From the NCBI RefSeq assembly GCF_006345805.1, contig NC_043000.1, positions 45,384,001 through 45,448,000 on the forward strand: 64,000 bases of DNA, written 5' to 3'. Origin of the DNA: Octopus sinensis (Eukaryota). The notes under the pieces are model-generated. The model was not told where the DNA came from. It saw only the letters and a program-made list of their open reading frames with translations, and made no database searches. The translations under genes were made by a program, and so were the position numbers. Of this stretch, positions 25,620 to 39,300 are shown piece after piece. Each line of letters starts with the position of its first letter. Within the stretch, counting starts at the first letter, position 1.

Positions 25620-27570
25620 AAATTCTCTCACCAATAAGTGCTTTCATAGGCCTTAGCATTTAGCCATTGTACTTTGTAAAAGAAGTGATTTAACACTAAA
25701 ATATATAAGATTTTAGAAATATTATCCCTTTGGAATATTCCTTTCGAAATATCTATGATACTGAAGACAAGCATTCCACTCTCAATTGTAAGGCTAAAGA
25801 TTGTTGCCAGGTCTTTGTGAAATTTTCTCTGACCATGATTAATGTAGCAGATACTTTTGCTGTATGTAGAGACTGCAACAACCATCTGTGGAATATAGAG
25901 TCAAATGATTTTCTATAATCAAACCATATTGTTATAAAGATTCTGCGATGTTTTCTTACTTTGAACTGCACAGCTATATTTATCAAAAGTTGCTTGGCAC
26001 ATCCCCACACTCCTTTCCATCTGCTGTATAAAGCATGGCATTAATGTTCAGGCTAACAACTGGCTTATAATTTATTGCCAATATGTTGGTGCTTTTGTTT
26101 TTGCCTACAAGATTCATCTGTTCTATAACAAGCCAAGTTGGTATGTAAATCAAGCTTTCAGTAGACTTTTGAACATACAAATTAATGTATTTCTGTAGAA
26201 GTCGGACTACTGTACCAGTATCGAAATACTAAGTGCCTTGCTTTCTTGATATGTAGCTTGTCTTCAGTTATCGTGAAATTTTCAGAGTTGACTGTATATG
26301 TTTTACTGTTGATGTTGCATTCTAATTAAAATTTCTCTTTTCTTTCCAAATCTTAGACCTAAAGATCCATAATCTTCCTTAGATGGGGATTTCTTAATGG
26401 TAATGTTTTTCTTCCTTATTTGTTTGACATAGTGTTTGTAGATTGGAAACAAACATGAGATTTAAACCAGCTCATTCGAACATTTTCCTACAATAAGAAA
26501 GTTTTACACTGAGAGTTCTGAATTTTAGAATAATTAGTTTTCTGTCATGAACTAGTGTGAAGAGTCCTCATAGAGGTTTGTTGATATTTACAAAAGATGT
26601 AATTGGTAAGGCATGAAGTCATTATTCCCCTTACATTTTATTATCATGGTCAATCATCCAGGATAATTACACAGTTTGTTGATATTTTCTCCAAGTTTTA
26701 TTTTTCACTGGGTTGCTTCCATTTACTAATTTCAGTAGCATGTTTGTTGCTGGTTTTCCCTAACTCTTATTCATGTGTAATGCAGCTGTGTACAGGCCAG
26801 TAATTATAGTCACATGATTGCATGTGCTCTCCAGGAACATTCTTGATAACTTTATTATGAGAGCAGTTAGCTTTTTCCTTAATCTTGTTATGAATGGCCT
26901 GTCACTCAGCAACTACTTAATGTTCTTCAGTAGAATATTTTCCACAATCATCTCTGTTATGTCATTTACATGTGAAGATATATGGGGGTTTAGTAATGGC
27001 AGCAGCAATTTGTTTACATTAGTGTCAACCCTTTTATGGCAGATTTTGGAGTGTTTTCAGTACACTGAGAAGATTGAATATCATCATAAGAGTTGGAACA
27101 ATAAATGTTATCTTTGATAGTCATATTTTGACAAAGGAAGGTGTTTGATGCCAACACTATTTTGTAAGAGAATACTGAAAATTTGAGTGAACTTCGTCCT
27201 GTTAATTTTTAGGAAGGGTCTTCTTGGGCATTTTTAGTGTGCCAAAGTAGATCTTGATTTCAATGTAAAGACCAGGTGAAGTTAGAAGAGTACTTATGTC
27301 ACCTCAAATAACTTACAGGTGTTGTGTTATTGCTTCTATTATTTTTCATGTTGGCATTGTTTTTATTACTATCAGCCTTAACAAAAAGTATAGTAAGATA
27401 AACCAGTAACTGATTTATACTGGAAAAAGCAATATAATTGTTTAAGAAGGCATTAAAAAAAGTCTTTTTGACTGGTTCATTATGCCTGCACATCTGATGT
27501 GGAGAGTGCCATGTATGTATGCATATTCTTTGGATCATTCCATTCATTCCTTGGACTGCAGGTTTCAAAA
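25620..27570 (-). mobile_element. R4/Dong-type LINE, decayed reverse transcriptase region
   Basis: WGCAKQLLINIAV...IWFDYRKSFDSIFHRWL and KGIFQRDNISKILYILVLNH match RT motifs DYKKAFDS and GIFQGD. Confidence 0.85.
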
Positions 27571-28349
27571 TTTTTAAGTGATTATATTAACTTCCTTACC
27601 CTTTTTAGAACTGCAAGTTTGACCTCACCATAAAGAATGCTACCTTTTAAGAGCCAAATATCACATTACTTTCGGTGCATCTTATGTAGCTATATCTATA
27701 TTTACCTATCAGTATTTATATATAACGGGTTTGATTTCCCTTTTCTCAAAATACATCTTAAATACTTAGATTAACCTGGGGCCATGGCAGGTGACATTTG
27801 TTCAAATTGTTATGCAGGGAGATCAAATATTAGTCTATTTTGTTGTGATACAACCATGGTATCTACTCAGTTCTGAGAAGAAAAAAGAGAATTCAAATTA
27901 GAATAAATAAAGTGTCATTTCTCTATTTTACGATTCAGACATTGTTTAATATTTGTATTTAACAGTACCATTTGCAGTCACTAATAAATATTCATTTCCA
28001 ATCAAATCTACAGTAACTTCATTAGTGTATTGAGGATAGTTGATATTAAGAAGCATATTGCTATTAGTATTCTAGCAAGCTTTCTCTTTCTTCATTTGTT
28101 ACTTTTGTTACTAATATTGAAGGTAGAAGAACAGTTAAAGCATCAGACCAAATGTCTCGTGATGGTTGTTCTCTCACTTTGAATTCCTTGTTTCAAATCC
28201 TATCAATGTTAACTTTGCTTTTATTTAGTTTTAGGGGTGGTCAACAGAATAAAGTACCTGTCAAGTGCTGGAGCCAGTTTAATTGGTACTTCATTCTAAT
28301 CTTGTTTTATGTTAGAAATTTTTATTATTCAAAATATTACACAGTGAAC

Positions 28350-28560
28350 TGGCAGAATCATTGGTACACCAGGCAAATGATGTAAAGCTTTTCTTCTAGT
28401 TTTACAATCTGAGTTCAAATGTTGCTAAGGTTGACTTTGCCTTACATCTTTTTGGAAGTTAATGAAATAAGTGCCAGTCAGGCTCTGGGGCCATTGTAAT
28501 CAATTCCCCTCTCCATCAAAATTACTTACCTAGTATAAAAATTAGAAAGGATTATTATTT
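28350..28560 (+). mobile_element. Deu/Nin-domain SINE (family C)
   Basis: ctgagttcaaatgttgctaaggttgactttgccttacatc. Confidence 0.7.
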
Positions 28561-28849
28561 TGAATATTATTTGTGCAGTTGATCACAAAAATAGTGGAGC
28601 AATAGCTAAAACGTTTTGTAACATTTAGCTATGGCCTTCTGGATTTTGAGATCAGATATATTGAAGTGAATTTCTACTTGATCTTTCCAGCATGGATAAA
28701 CTGAGCTCTAAAATTTCAATGTCTTTAGGTTGAGTTGGTGTACTCTCTCCTAAATAGCTCTTTTCACAGCTGATTATTCAATCTGGAATGGGTAAATAAG
28801 TAGATACATCATGGCATCTGAATATGTATTTGACATGTAAAAATTATTA

Positions 28850-29290
28850 CAAATGTTGAATTTCTAACAAAGACTTTCTGCATGTGACATAGTACACTGT
28901 TTCATCTGAATGTTTCCATTAATTGTATTGCATGAACAACTTTCCTATTAATGTAACAAATTATTTTCCAATACATAAACAAGCCTTCCTTTGTTGCACA
29001 GTCCCCCTCAATAATATCTGGTCTCATTGCTTCAATAATATAACTCATGAAAAGTCTATAAAATCTTGTAATTATCATTTATCATGACAGCCTCTGCTTC
29101 ATGTTTGCATCACATTTTTCTCTCATTTCAAGTCTACAAATAACAGTCTTTCCTCATAGTAACACAACATTGTTTTTTCAGACCCTAAATTACTGTATTG
29201 ATGGTGACATCTGCATTTAACAAACATCTTCCTCTTTCCTTCCTTGCTAAATATAACCTGTCAATATTACTTTTGCGTACCATGACGCTA
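28850..29290 (-). mobile_element. R4/Dong-type LINE fragment (post-RT region)
   Basis: Minus strand SNIDRLYLARKERGRCLLNAD. Confidence 0.7.
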
Positions 29291-30369
29291 TGGCAGCTTC
29301 TGCCTCATATACACGCTAATATCATTATCGTTGATACTGTTGTTCTTATTATTGTTATTGATATCTGACATAAATCTCAAATTTTGGGGTAGGGTATTCT
29401 CAATTCCTAACTTGTCTAATATTTTAACCCCAAAAGGATAAATTGTGTAGTCAAAATTGGCAGGATTCAAAATCAAAGCATTGAGATGTGTACCTAAATA
29501 ACATAAGGTAAGACATACGATGCACTACCAACTCTGCCTGTCCATGGTTCTTATAATCATTGATACTGCAATGAAATAGAACATGTTGTTTTTTTCCCTT
29601 CATACTTTATGTCATGAATATCATTTGAAAATATACAGCTTCTATTGATTAGTTTATACTACATCATCACAACATAATTTTTCACTTTCCTTCACAATTC
29701 CAGGAGTTGTTTTGCCTTCATAAAATAACAAGTGACACACACACACACCAACACATGCACATTCACACACACTATCACACACACACAAACACATCTACAC
29801 ACACACTTGTCATACAAGGAAAGTGAATGGAAAACAAATATAAAAAATATATAATTTTTTTTTGCTATTGAAAACCTTGTCATTTCTTACAAAAAACTGT
29901 ATTTCAGTCAGAAGTTCCCCATTGTCATAACTTACATAATCAATTTCAGCTTTTTACAAGAATCAGTGTAAACATAGTATTTCACAAGAGTATATCACTC
30001 AATATGTCAACTACAACAATATCTGGCTTGGTAGACATAGTTGACATTACTCACTTGTAATGTCTTTCTTGTATTCTGGTTTGACATTAAAAGAAATACC
30101 TCTGTGTGTATCCTCTGGAATCTAACTGCAGTTATATGAAGCTCTGAAGATGGTTTAACATTATTAGCAGAAATAGTCAACAAATTGATGTACAGACCCA
30201 GTTTTTTAGTTTAGTGAAATGTATAATAATAATAATAATATTGGTTTCGAATTTTGGCATGGGATCAGGAACAGTAGGCGGATGGAGCAAGTGAGTTACA
30301 ACTATCCTAGTACTCAACTGGTACTTATTCTATCAACTCTGAAAGTTTGAAAGGCAAAGTCAACTTTGG

Positions 30370-30518
30370 CATTATACTCTCTCTCTTTTACTTGTTTCAG
30401 TCATTTGACTGTGGCCATGCTGGAGCACCGCCTCTAGTCGAGCAAATCTTTATTCTTTGTAAGCCCAGTACTTATTCTATCGGTCTCTTTTGCCGAACCG
30501 CTAGGGGGACAAACACAA

Positions 30519-30551
<33 letters not shown>

Positions 30552-30722
30552 CATATATACGACAGGCTTCTTTCAGTTTCCGCCTACCAAATCCACTCAC
30601 AAGGCATTGATCGGCCTGGGGCTATAGCAGAAGACACTTGCCCAAGATGCCACGCAGTGGGACTGAACCCGGAACCATGTGGTTGGTTAGCAAGCTACTT
30701 ACCACACAGCCACTCCTGCACC
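30370..30722 (-). mobile_element. SINE family A
   Basis: Near-consensus copy; adjoins a family C fragment at ~30240-30370. Confidence 0.9.
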
Positions 30723-30759
30723 TATGATAATAATAATTTTTATTAATATCATTGGTTTA

Positions 30760-31250
30760 AAATTTTGGAACAAGGCCAGCGATATCAAGGAAGGGGTTAA
30801 ATAGTGTTCATAAGGATGAAAAGAAAAGTTGACTTCTGCGGAATTCGATCTCAGTAAATAAAGATGGGGTGAGACGCAATGGCCCAGTGGTTAGGGCAGC
30901 GGACTCGTGGTCAGAGGATCATGGTTTCAATTCCCAGACTGGGCATTGTGCGAGTTTATTGAGCGAAAACACCTAAAAGCTCCACGAGGCTCCGGCAGGG
31001 GTGGTGGTGATCCCTGTTGTACTCTTTCACCCCAACTTTCTCTCACTCTTTCTTCCTGTTTCTTGAGTAATGCTGCAATGGACTGGTGTCCCGTCCAGCT
31101 AGGAGGAACACATACGCCACAGAAACCGGGAAACCAGGCCCATGAGCCTGGCTAGGCTTGAAAAGGGCACATAAATAAAAATAAAGAAGGACAAAACGTT
31201 ACTAAGAATTTTGCCCAGGATGCTAACAATTCTCCCAGCTCGCTGCCTTA
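30760..31250 (-). mobile_element. Deu/Nin SINE (family C) interrupted by a family D SINE
   Basis: ggatgaaaagaaaagttgacttctgcggaattcgatctcag ... resumes at ~31190 with ttactaagaattttgcccaggatgctaacaattctcccagctcgctgcctt. Confidence 0.75.
30868..31185 (+). mobile_element. tRNA-derived SINE (family D) with V-domain-like tail
   Basis: A box ggcccagtggttagg, B box ggtttcaattccc; gcaatggactggtgtcccgtccag resembles the V-SINE core; A-rich tail; approximate TSD aaataaagaWgg. Confidence 0.8.
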
Positions 31251-31284
31251 AATGATGATAATAAGAATATTATTATTTTAAATT

Positions 31285-31960
31285 TATGTCAGGTCACTTT
31301 CGAGTGCTACTGATAACACGTAACCCAGTACAACCTGTTGCATAGTCGGGCTGTTGGCGACTAAACTGGCAACCCCACCAAGCTTGCTTGGTGAGGAGGG
31401 TATTTATTGGACACCCTGCGGGATGAAAAACAAAACCCGTCAAAGGGCGGAGGAACTCTTGAGAGTCAACGGCCATCCAATAAATGTGTAATTTTTTATT
31501 TTTCTTAAGGCTTAAAGCTGTATCATGCGCGGGGACATAGAAATAATCGGACTTAATACCCGATCATGCAGTTAAACCATTGGGAGTGAAGGACTCCTAT
31601 CCTTTGTTAGGGCATCCTTCTACGAGAAGGTAACTCAGGTAACTGGGATAACTCTGACATAAAACCTGCGGCTCAATGGTTACCGATGATGTTGACTTCT
31701 TTTTGGATTATGGCTGCTGTTGCTTAGTGAGTGGGATTGACTCAGTGCACAGCCTTTCCTCACTTAAAAAAAAAATCTTCTTGCACAGGCATTGCACAAT
31801 AACAACATTGTTCATGATTGTTGATGGTGCTGTGAGTCTCAACTGAATGGCTGGCTGTAGCCTTAAAAAGCAAATAAAAGTCACATTCGATCACAGTACC
31901 AATAACAGTTGAGCTTCGTGCAATGGCCATACTCGATAATGAGGGGGGCAGCCATCATTA
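31285..31960 (+). mobile_element. probable RTE LINE 5' UTR region
   Basis: GC-richer structured segment (ggcgactaaactggcaaccccacc; gggcatccttctacgagaaggtaactc...taaaacctgc) resembling RTE 5' ends; no intact ORF follows. Confidence 0.55.
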
Positions 31961-32949
31961 TTTTAAATATTATTATTAATAATATTATTATAGATTTTGG
32001 GTTGCAAAAATATGAAACAATATGTGATTCATGTAAGATTTAGTTGTTACTTCTTGCAGTTCAAGTGACCATGTCGATACACTCATGTTAGCTTCACAAG
32101 TATGTTTAGAGGAAAGCAACATATAGCAAACAATTTCAAAGGAATCTGAGACCATTGTAGTACTAGAGAAGAAAACAGACATAGATATGGCAAGTCAGTG
32201 ACTGTGAGCAAAGGTTTGCCAATCAGACAATCAGTAATTTTATTTTCCTTTTATTTTATCTCAAGTAATGATGGGAGGAATATTGTCCCATGGGGGCTTA
32301 GGCAATGAACAAAGTATTGAGATATCGGTTATTTACAATTTATCACCATCATTTCATTCAGTCTGTGGCTGAAGTTATAAACTGATTGTTGCATTCACTC
32401 ATAACTACAAGTTCAAATTCTCCTATGGGTTGGATGTACTACATAAGTTTGAAGTTTTCATTAGTGTCCCCTATAATATGATGAATTATAGGTTTCATTG
32501 CACAGTTTGAGATGTACATTCATTATAGTAGTGAGATATCATCGTCATCATCATTGTGGTCATTGTCGTCGTCGTCATCATCATCATCATCAACAACAAC
32601 AACTAAAACAACAATATTTTATATCTGCCTTTCTATGCTGCCATGGGATGGATTGGTTACTATGGTAGAGCTATTTCTTTTCAGAACTACTGTCATATAA
32701 ATAAAATTCGTCTGTAATGAGACAGATTTACTAGTGAGGTAATAAATAAAATGGTACCAGTAAATAAATAAAAAGGTACCAGTAGGTGTCACAAATTTAG
32801 CGAACATTGTACAAAGTGAGCACATGTGTGTAGGAGTCAGAGGGAAGTCTTGAACCTTACAATTGCACAAGTAGGTTGGAAGATTGCAGTGCTAAGGAGG
32901 TAAGAAAAATTAACAGACAGTAGCTGGTGGTATGAAAGCTGGAGTGAAA

Positions 32950-33461
32950 TGTCAAGATCTATCCACTGTCAGTTGTGTAGATCTGTCTGCTGTTGGTTGT
33001 GCAGCTTTGTTTGCTGACGGTTGTAGGATCTGTTTGAGACAGTCATGGAGATCTACTTGCTGATAGTCATGAAAATCTGTTTGCTGATGGTTGTGCAGCG
33101 CTGTTTGCTGTTTGTCACAGAGATCCGTTTGCTGACGGTCATGGAGATTTGTTTGCTGATGGTGGTGCAGCTCTGTTCACTGATAGTCATAGGGATCTGT
33201 TCACTAATGGTCATGAAAATCTATGTGCTGATGGTTGTTGTGGTGTTGAGGTCTTCTGCTGATTGACTGCCAAAAGGCATGCTCTGCTGCTTTTATAAGT
33301 ACACAACCAGCTCTGATTGGCTACCATAGCCAAAGCGCCACTGTGCTAATCTACGATAATGAAATATGGCTTCCTTGACTCTCTACATGATCCCATTTCA
33401 GACTGTAAGCCGATGCATTAAAAAGAACAAATATGAAACAATAACAGGTACCAAGGTCCAG

Positions 33462-33503
<42 letters not shown>

Positions 33504-34400
33504 TGCCAAGTCCATTCTCCAATGGACACGATGTGTGTGGAGTGATATGTGTAAGAGGTCCATAGTGTGATAACCAGTTCGATTGCAGGGCTCATGTTAC
33601 AGAGTGAAAAATATCAATTAGAGGTATGGCATCAGGACATCAAGTGAAAATGGACATGTATCCAAGACTGATGGGCCAGGGTCCAATGAGATTGAAGTGG
33701 ATGTGATGGAAGCATGCATGCATCTGGTGAGCTGGAGATGACAAAAGGTGCATGAATGATTGTATGCACTATCACCGTTGGGCAGCAGAGGTGACAGAGT
33801 AAGCAGGGTTTCAAAAACAGTTCAACTATGAATCAGTGGGACAAAGAGACGAGACAAAATTGCTGAGATATCACACAAGATCTGCAGAGGTTGGCACAGG
33901 CGAATATGGAATTTGCTCATCACAAATTTGTGAGAAGATGTCTTGAGTGAGACTAGAGGAGATAAGAGGTTTGCAAGTGTTGTTGATGAAAGGACTGTAA
34001 ACAGCATCGGTTGCAGTGTCTGATGCATTAACCACAAGCAAAGGCTTTGCATCAGAGACATGGTGTGCAAGGAGGGGCTGTAAAGAAAGTGTTTCCCAAC
34101 ATTAAAAACATGAGTTGAGCCGGTGCAAGTGAAATGAAGTCATTCTTCATACAGCAGGTCTGGAGAAGCTTGGTGAGTTGAGGCAGAACTCCAGCAGCAA
34201 TAAAGAAGGAAACAGCATAGCTTGAAGCAGAAGCGAATTTTACATCATGGCAACAAGCAAGCAAAAGACATTCTCTGATGTTTTGATGACCACTGCTTTT
34301 ATAGGTACACAACCAGCTCCAATTGGCTGATGTTGCCAAAGTACAATTGTGCTAATTCCTCGATAATGAAATATAGGCTTCCTTGACTCACTGCACATTC
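32950..34400 (-). mobile_element. internally deleted Ty3/Gypsy LTR retrotransposon
   Basis: Direct repeats ~33270-33387 and ~34285-34394 begin TG on the minus strand; internal LLAHHVSDAKPLLVVNASDTATDAV (RNase H) and FHHIHFNLIGPL...DAIP (integrase); left boundary uncertain. Confidence 0.8.
33290..33325 (-). promoter_or_regulatory. CCAAT box and TATA box in LTR
   Basis: Minus strand gccaatcagagctggttgtgtacttataaaag; equivalent at ~34295-34330. Confidence 0.55.
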
Positions 34401-34758
34401 AAGGGCCATATTTCACTTGTTTGCTACATATTTTTAACAAGTCATTTATAGCTAGGTGCGACCCCTATCTCTAAACTTCATACTGAATGCTTTTTATTAT
34501 GGTACAATTACTAGAGAGGTTGAGCTACCTCAGCAAGGCTAAAGAGTCCTCTTCACCCAACATGGTCTGTGTTTGTTCTTTATCCAACAGCAAGGAGGTA
34601 ATTGTGAATTCAGCAACACAACACCATAGGGAATTTGATCTTTGTTCATGACATAAGGTGATAGAAAGAGATCCAGTGCAGAAAATAGTGATGACAGAGA
34701 AAGAGAGAGAATTAATAGGGTCTGTGTGTGTGAGAGAGAGAAAGCGATTAATAAAGTT

Positions 34759-34805
<47 letters not shown>

Positions 34806-35338
34806 AAGAGTGGAAAAAAATTAATGAGGTGTGTGTATATATGTGTGTGTGAGAGAGAGAAGTAATAATATGTACATGTGTGAAAGAGAGAGAGAAAGTG
34901 AATTAATGAGGTGTGTATATATGTGTGTGAGAAAGAGAGAAGTAATGATGCATGCATGTGTGTGTGTGTGTGAGTGAGATAGATAGAGAGAGAGAGAGAA
35001 GAGAGAGAAAGTGATGAATAACAATAATGAGCAATAGAAATATGAGATAGAGAATGATGGACAGCAATACAAGTTTGCTGATAAGAGAGGAAGATTGATG
35101 GAATGAGTAATGAGGGATAAATAAGAGAGAAATGAGAGAGAAATGATGATGATGGTTAACAATATAGAAGACTCATAGCAAGCGAAGATAGATCAAATAT
35201 ATAATCACTATCCCTGGTTACTCTTGCAACATGCTAGGAGGAAGAGATATGGTGGTAGAAAGGAACATAATGATAGGAGGGGAAATGAGTGTTAGAGATG
35301 AGGAAGTAACAAAAAGAACAAGCAAATGGTACATCATA

Positions 35339-35641
35339 TCTTTATATATAAAAGTGAAGTTGTGTGAGTGTCTGTCTCCTACGATGTAGATTCCTAACTA
35401 CTCCCACATTTTGCGGTGCAGTTTAACCAAAAGCGGGTATCTTATAGTCGTGATTCATATCGAACCCTTCTGGGTATTAGCGCGCGTCTACGATGAGTCT
35501 ACGATTTTAAAAAGAATTTACCATCATTTTTTCCCATTTTTAATTCATTTTTTTGCTATTATATAAGGGAAGTAACTCTCTAAAAATGCTTATATAGTTA
35601 TTTCTCTTACAAACCCGAGCAACGCCGGGCGATACTGCTAG
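35339..35641 (+). mobile_element. non-autonomous Helitron (~300 bp)
   Basis: A|TCTTTATATATAAAAG...cccgagcaacgccggg hairpin...CTAG|T. Confidence 0.92.
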
Positions 35642-35779
35642 TCAAAGATAAATGGTAACAGGGAAACTTAATATGAACATGATGGAGAAAGATATAAACA
35701 TAAATGATCAGCATTTCAGCTTCCATCACCATCAACACTCTTCTATATATATACATTTTTAAAATCTTTTATTGTTTGC

Positions 35780-36600
35780 TTGTTTCAGTTATTAGTATCA
35801 TTAGTGCCTTACCTTGAAGAATTTTAGTCAAACGAATTGACCCCAGTACTTTCGTTTTTTAAAGCCTGGTGCTTATTCTGTTGGTCTCTTTTGCCAAACC
35901 ACTAAGTTGCAGAGATATAAACACACCAAAACCAGTTGTCAAGCAGTGGTGGGGAATAAACATAGAGACAAAGACACACACACACACACATATTCTTTTA
36001 TTCCTTTACTTGTTTCAGTCATTTGATGTGGCCATGTTGGAGCACTGCCTTTAGTCGAGCAAATCAACCCCAGGACTTATTCTTTGTAAGCCTAGTACTT
36101 ACTCTATCAGTCTCTTTTGCCGAACCGCTAAGTTACGGGAATGTAAACACACCAGCATCGGTTGTCAAGCGATGTTGGGGGGGACAAACTAAGACACACA
36201 AACATATACACACACATACATATAGATATATACATATATACGATGGGCTTGTTTCAGTTTCCGTCTACCAAATCCACTGACAAGTCTTTGGTTGGCCTGA
36301 GGCTATAGCAGAAGACACTTGCCCAAGGTGCCATGCAGTGGGACCGAACCCGGAAACATGTGGTTCATAAGCAAGCTACATACCACACAGACGCGCACAC
36401 ACTTTTTCTCTCTCTCTCACATGAACAAATACACACACACAGATGCAAACGCATATACATACATTTACAACAGGCTTCTTTCAGTTTATGTCCACCAAAT
36501 CCACATACAAGGCTATCGTAGAAGAGTAGAAGACTCTTCCTCAAGGCGTCACACAGTGGGACTGAACCCAGGACAATGTGGTTGGGAAGCAAATCTTGTT
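35780..36600 (-). mobile_element. cluster of SINE family A copies (one near full, two partial)
   Basis: Repeated family A head and tail segments. Confidence 0.85.
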
Positions 36601-36654
36601 TTATATCTGTTATTCCTTCATTTTATTTGCTGGGTGGGTTTTCTCAGTACAGCT

Positions 36655-36726
<72 letters not shown>

Positions 36727-37018
36727 ACAGAGAGAGAGAGGAGAGAATTAAGTCCAGAATTTGCTGAAGTCCAGCCAGTCCTTGCTGATGAGGCAACGGG
36801 AATTGCTGAAACTGAGGATAAGGAATTCTTGAACAGTGTTTTTGGATAATTACAGTCCCTGTCGTTATCTAGGCAATTATATGCTTTTACTACAAAATTA
36901 GAGCATTTCAGCTCTTATTTCTAGCAATATAGGTTGTTTCTAACACTCTAGTCACAATTAGTGACAATTATAGTTTTCCTTTTTGGTGAATCATTGCAAA
37001 CTGCTGTCCACATTAATT

Positions 37019-37049
<31 letters not shown>

Positions 37050-37142
37050 ATACATATATATATATATACATAAATATATAAATATATATATATATATATG
37101 CATGTATATATATATGTATATATATATGTGTATATATATATA

Positions 37143-37671
37143 CAGTTGTGGCCAAAATGTTCAGAACGGCATTGTTTTCGTCAGAAAAGTAGGTATAATT
37201 TTTTATAGAATTTGTTTTATATTCTATAATTTTCACAGACAATAAATACAATATTATTTGTTATTGTCTGAGATTTTGGTGTAATTTGAGAGAATAATAC
37301 AAAAGTCATGGATGATTTAGTGATTTACTGCAAAACCCATGGCGGCCAAAATGATCAGAACGGTTGCTTTTACTCCGTGTTTTAGTATATTGAACCGGCG
37401 AACTCTAATGTTTTGAATTTGTTTACTTGACGGTTCGTTTACTAAATATTAGTAAGAATATCTGCAGTGTACTTTGTTTATATAATGCCACTTACTCTGT
37501 TACCAATTCGTCAGCAGATTTATTAAGCTTCGAAAGAAGGATAATTTAAGTATTGAGTCTATTGCAAAGATTGTCTGATGAAAATTATAGAATATAAAAC
37601 AACTTTGATAAAAAATTATACCTACTTTTCTGACGAAAACAATGCCGTTCTGAACATTTTGGCCGCAACTG
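37143..37671. mobile_element. Tc1/mariner-type MITE
   Basis: TA|CAGTTGTGGCCAAAATGTTCAGAACGG...CCGTTCTGAACATTTTGGCCGCAACTG|TA; TIRs ~110 bp; internal copy of the TIR motif at ~37342. Confidence 0.92.
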
Positions 37672-38479
37672 TATATATATATGTATATATATGTAAAACA
37701 ACTCCCATCACCATTACCACTGCTGTTAGTTTTATATCCATTTTTACATGATGAATGTTACACTGGTTTTCTCCGCCACTGTGTTTCATCACTTGTTGCC
37801 ATCCTTTGTCATTTCTTTTCAGAAATTTAAACCTCTTGAGATTAGTGTTGAGTAGATCTTTCCATGACCTCCACAGTCTCTTTCTCTCCCTCTCTCTCCC
37901 CCTCCCTTCCACAACTTCATAAATTATATGAAAGTATCAGTTTAATGTGTGTCTACACGAATTAGTAAGACAAAAAAGCTATTATAATTCATTTTCATTT
38001 TATACCTAAATTTATTCACATGAGTTGGACAATTCTTTCATATTTTGTACTCAATAGTTCTCATCTTTTTTATTTTCTTTCTACTCATCATATCCTTGTC
38101 AATGTAATTATCTCTGCGTTTCCCTCATAAATGCTATGAGTTTTTAAACAATGTATTTTTCCATTTGCTATAGTAATTAATTTGGAGTAACTTACCATAA
38201 TGATAATGTCTATATAGGTGAAATTCTATAAAGATATGAATGTGTATTTGGAACATAGTCTATAAGAACCTACAGACATTAAATTAGATTTTGTATTTTA
38301 TATTTTATAATTATATATACATGTGTGTATATACATATACATACCTACATACATGTATGTATGCATGCATGTATGTATGTATATATATATATGTATGTAC
38401 ATGCATGCATACATATATATTGACTCCAATCTCTTTATTTATAATGGATTAATCTTCTCTCTTTGCTCCTTTGTGCCAC

Positions 38480-38940
38480 ATGGGCTCAATTCTCCTCCCC
38501 TCTCTTCTCTCCCCCCTCACACCTACTTCCTTCCACCCACCTCTCCTCTCTTGCTCCGACTCCTACTTCTTCTCTTCACTCCTACTCTCTTCTCTTCACT
38601 TCTACCCACCTTCTCCTTTCCATCCTTCATCGTAACTCCACTCCACAATCCAACCCCACCTTCCCTATCCATCCCATCCCACCCCACCCCATCCATTACG
38701 CCCGCTCCCATACACCCCACCTCCACCCCTACCCTTAGCCTACCCACAAACTCCACATCTACCCCCATCCACAGCCTAACCCACACCTCACCCTTGCTTT
38801 CCCCATTCTCACCTCCTCCACCTCTCAACACCAACACACTGCACACCGCTAAACCATACACCACCACACTGCACAACACCATATCACATCACATTACACC
38901 ACCACGCACACACAAGTTCTGACTACTTCCCAGCCACACA
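38480..38940. repeat. C-rich low-complexity tract
   Basis: Seen directly; explains the Pro/Ser/Thr-rich ORF 38323-38922. Confidence 0.8.
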
Positions 38941-39139
38941 TCCACACACCTACACATATACACATGTCAAGGTCACCAGCCCACTTCCACATGCACCTAC
39001 ATACTCTCTTATACACATGCATGCGCACCTTCATTTTGGGATCACCACTACTTTATCTCCCCTTCTTCCTAGCTCGCCTGTGCAGCCTCTCTGTCTGCAT
39101 TTGACATAATAGATCACTACCCACTACACATTCTTTATC

Positions 39140-39300
39140 TTCTCTCCTTGTTTCTTTCTGTGTTCCTTTCTGTGGAAGAGCATAGGCTCAAAACGTTAAA
39201 GACTTTTTCACTTCCCAAGAATTATACTAATACATCTGTTTGTTGTCTACACCACAGGTCTCCATCTTTTGTTTTTTGTGAATTCTCTCTCTCTTTCTCT
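39140..39300 (+). mobile_element. family H repeat copy
   Basis: ctttctgtggaagagcataggctcaaaacgttaaagac. Confidence 0.7.

Noticed and set aside
28126-28385. Acceptor plus hydrophobic GPI-signal-like ORF
   Set aside because: Overlaps degenerate Deu/Nin SINE sequence
30144-30180. CTGAAGA...GAAA TAGTC hammerhead-like motif
   Set aside because: Stem II is weak and stem I cannot pair; at best a heavily decayed remnant
38323-38922. 199-aa Pro/Ser/Thr-rich ORF
   Set aside because: Starts in (TA/CA)n and runs through a C-rich low-complexity tract
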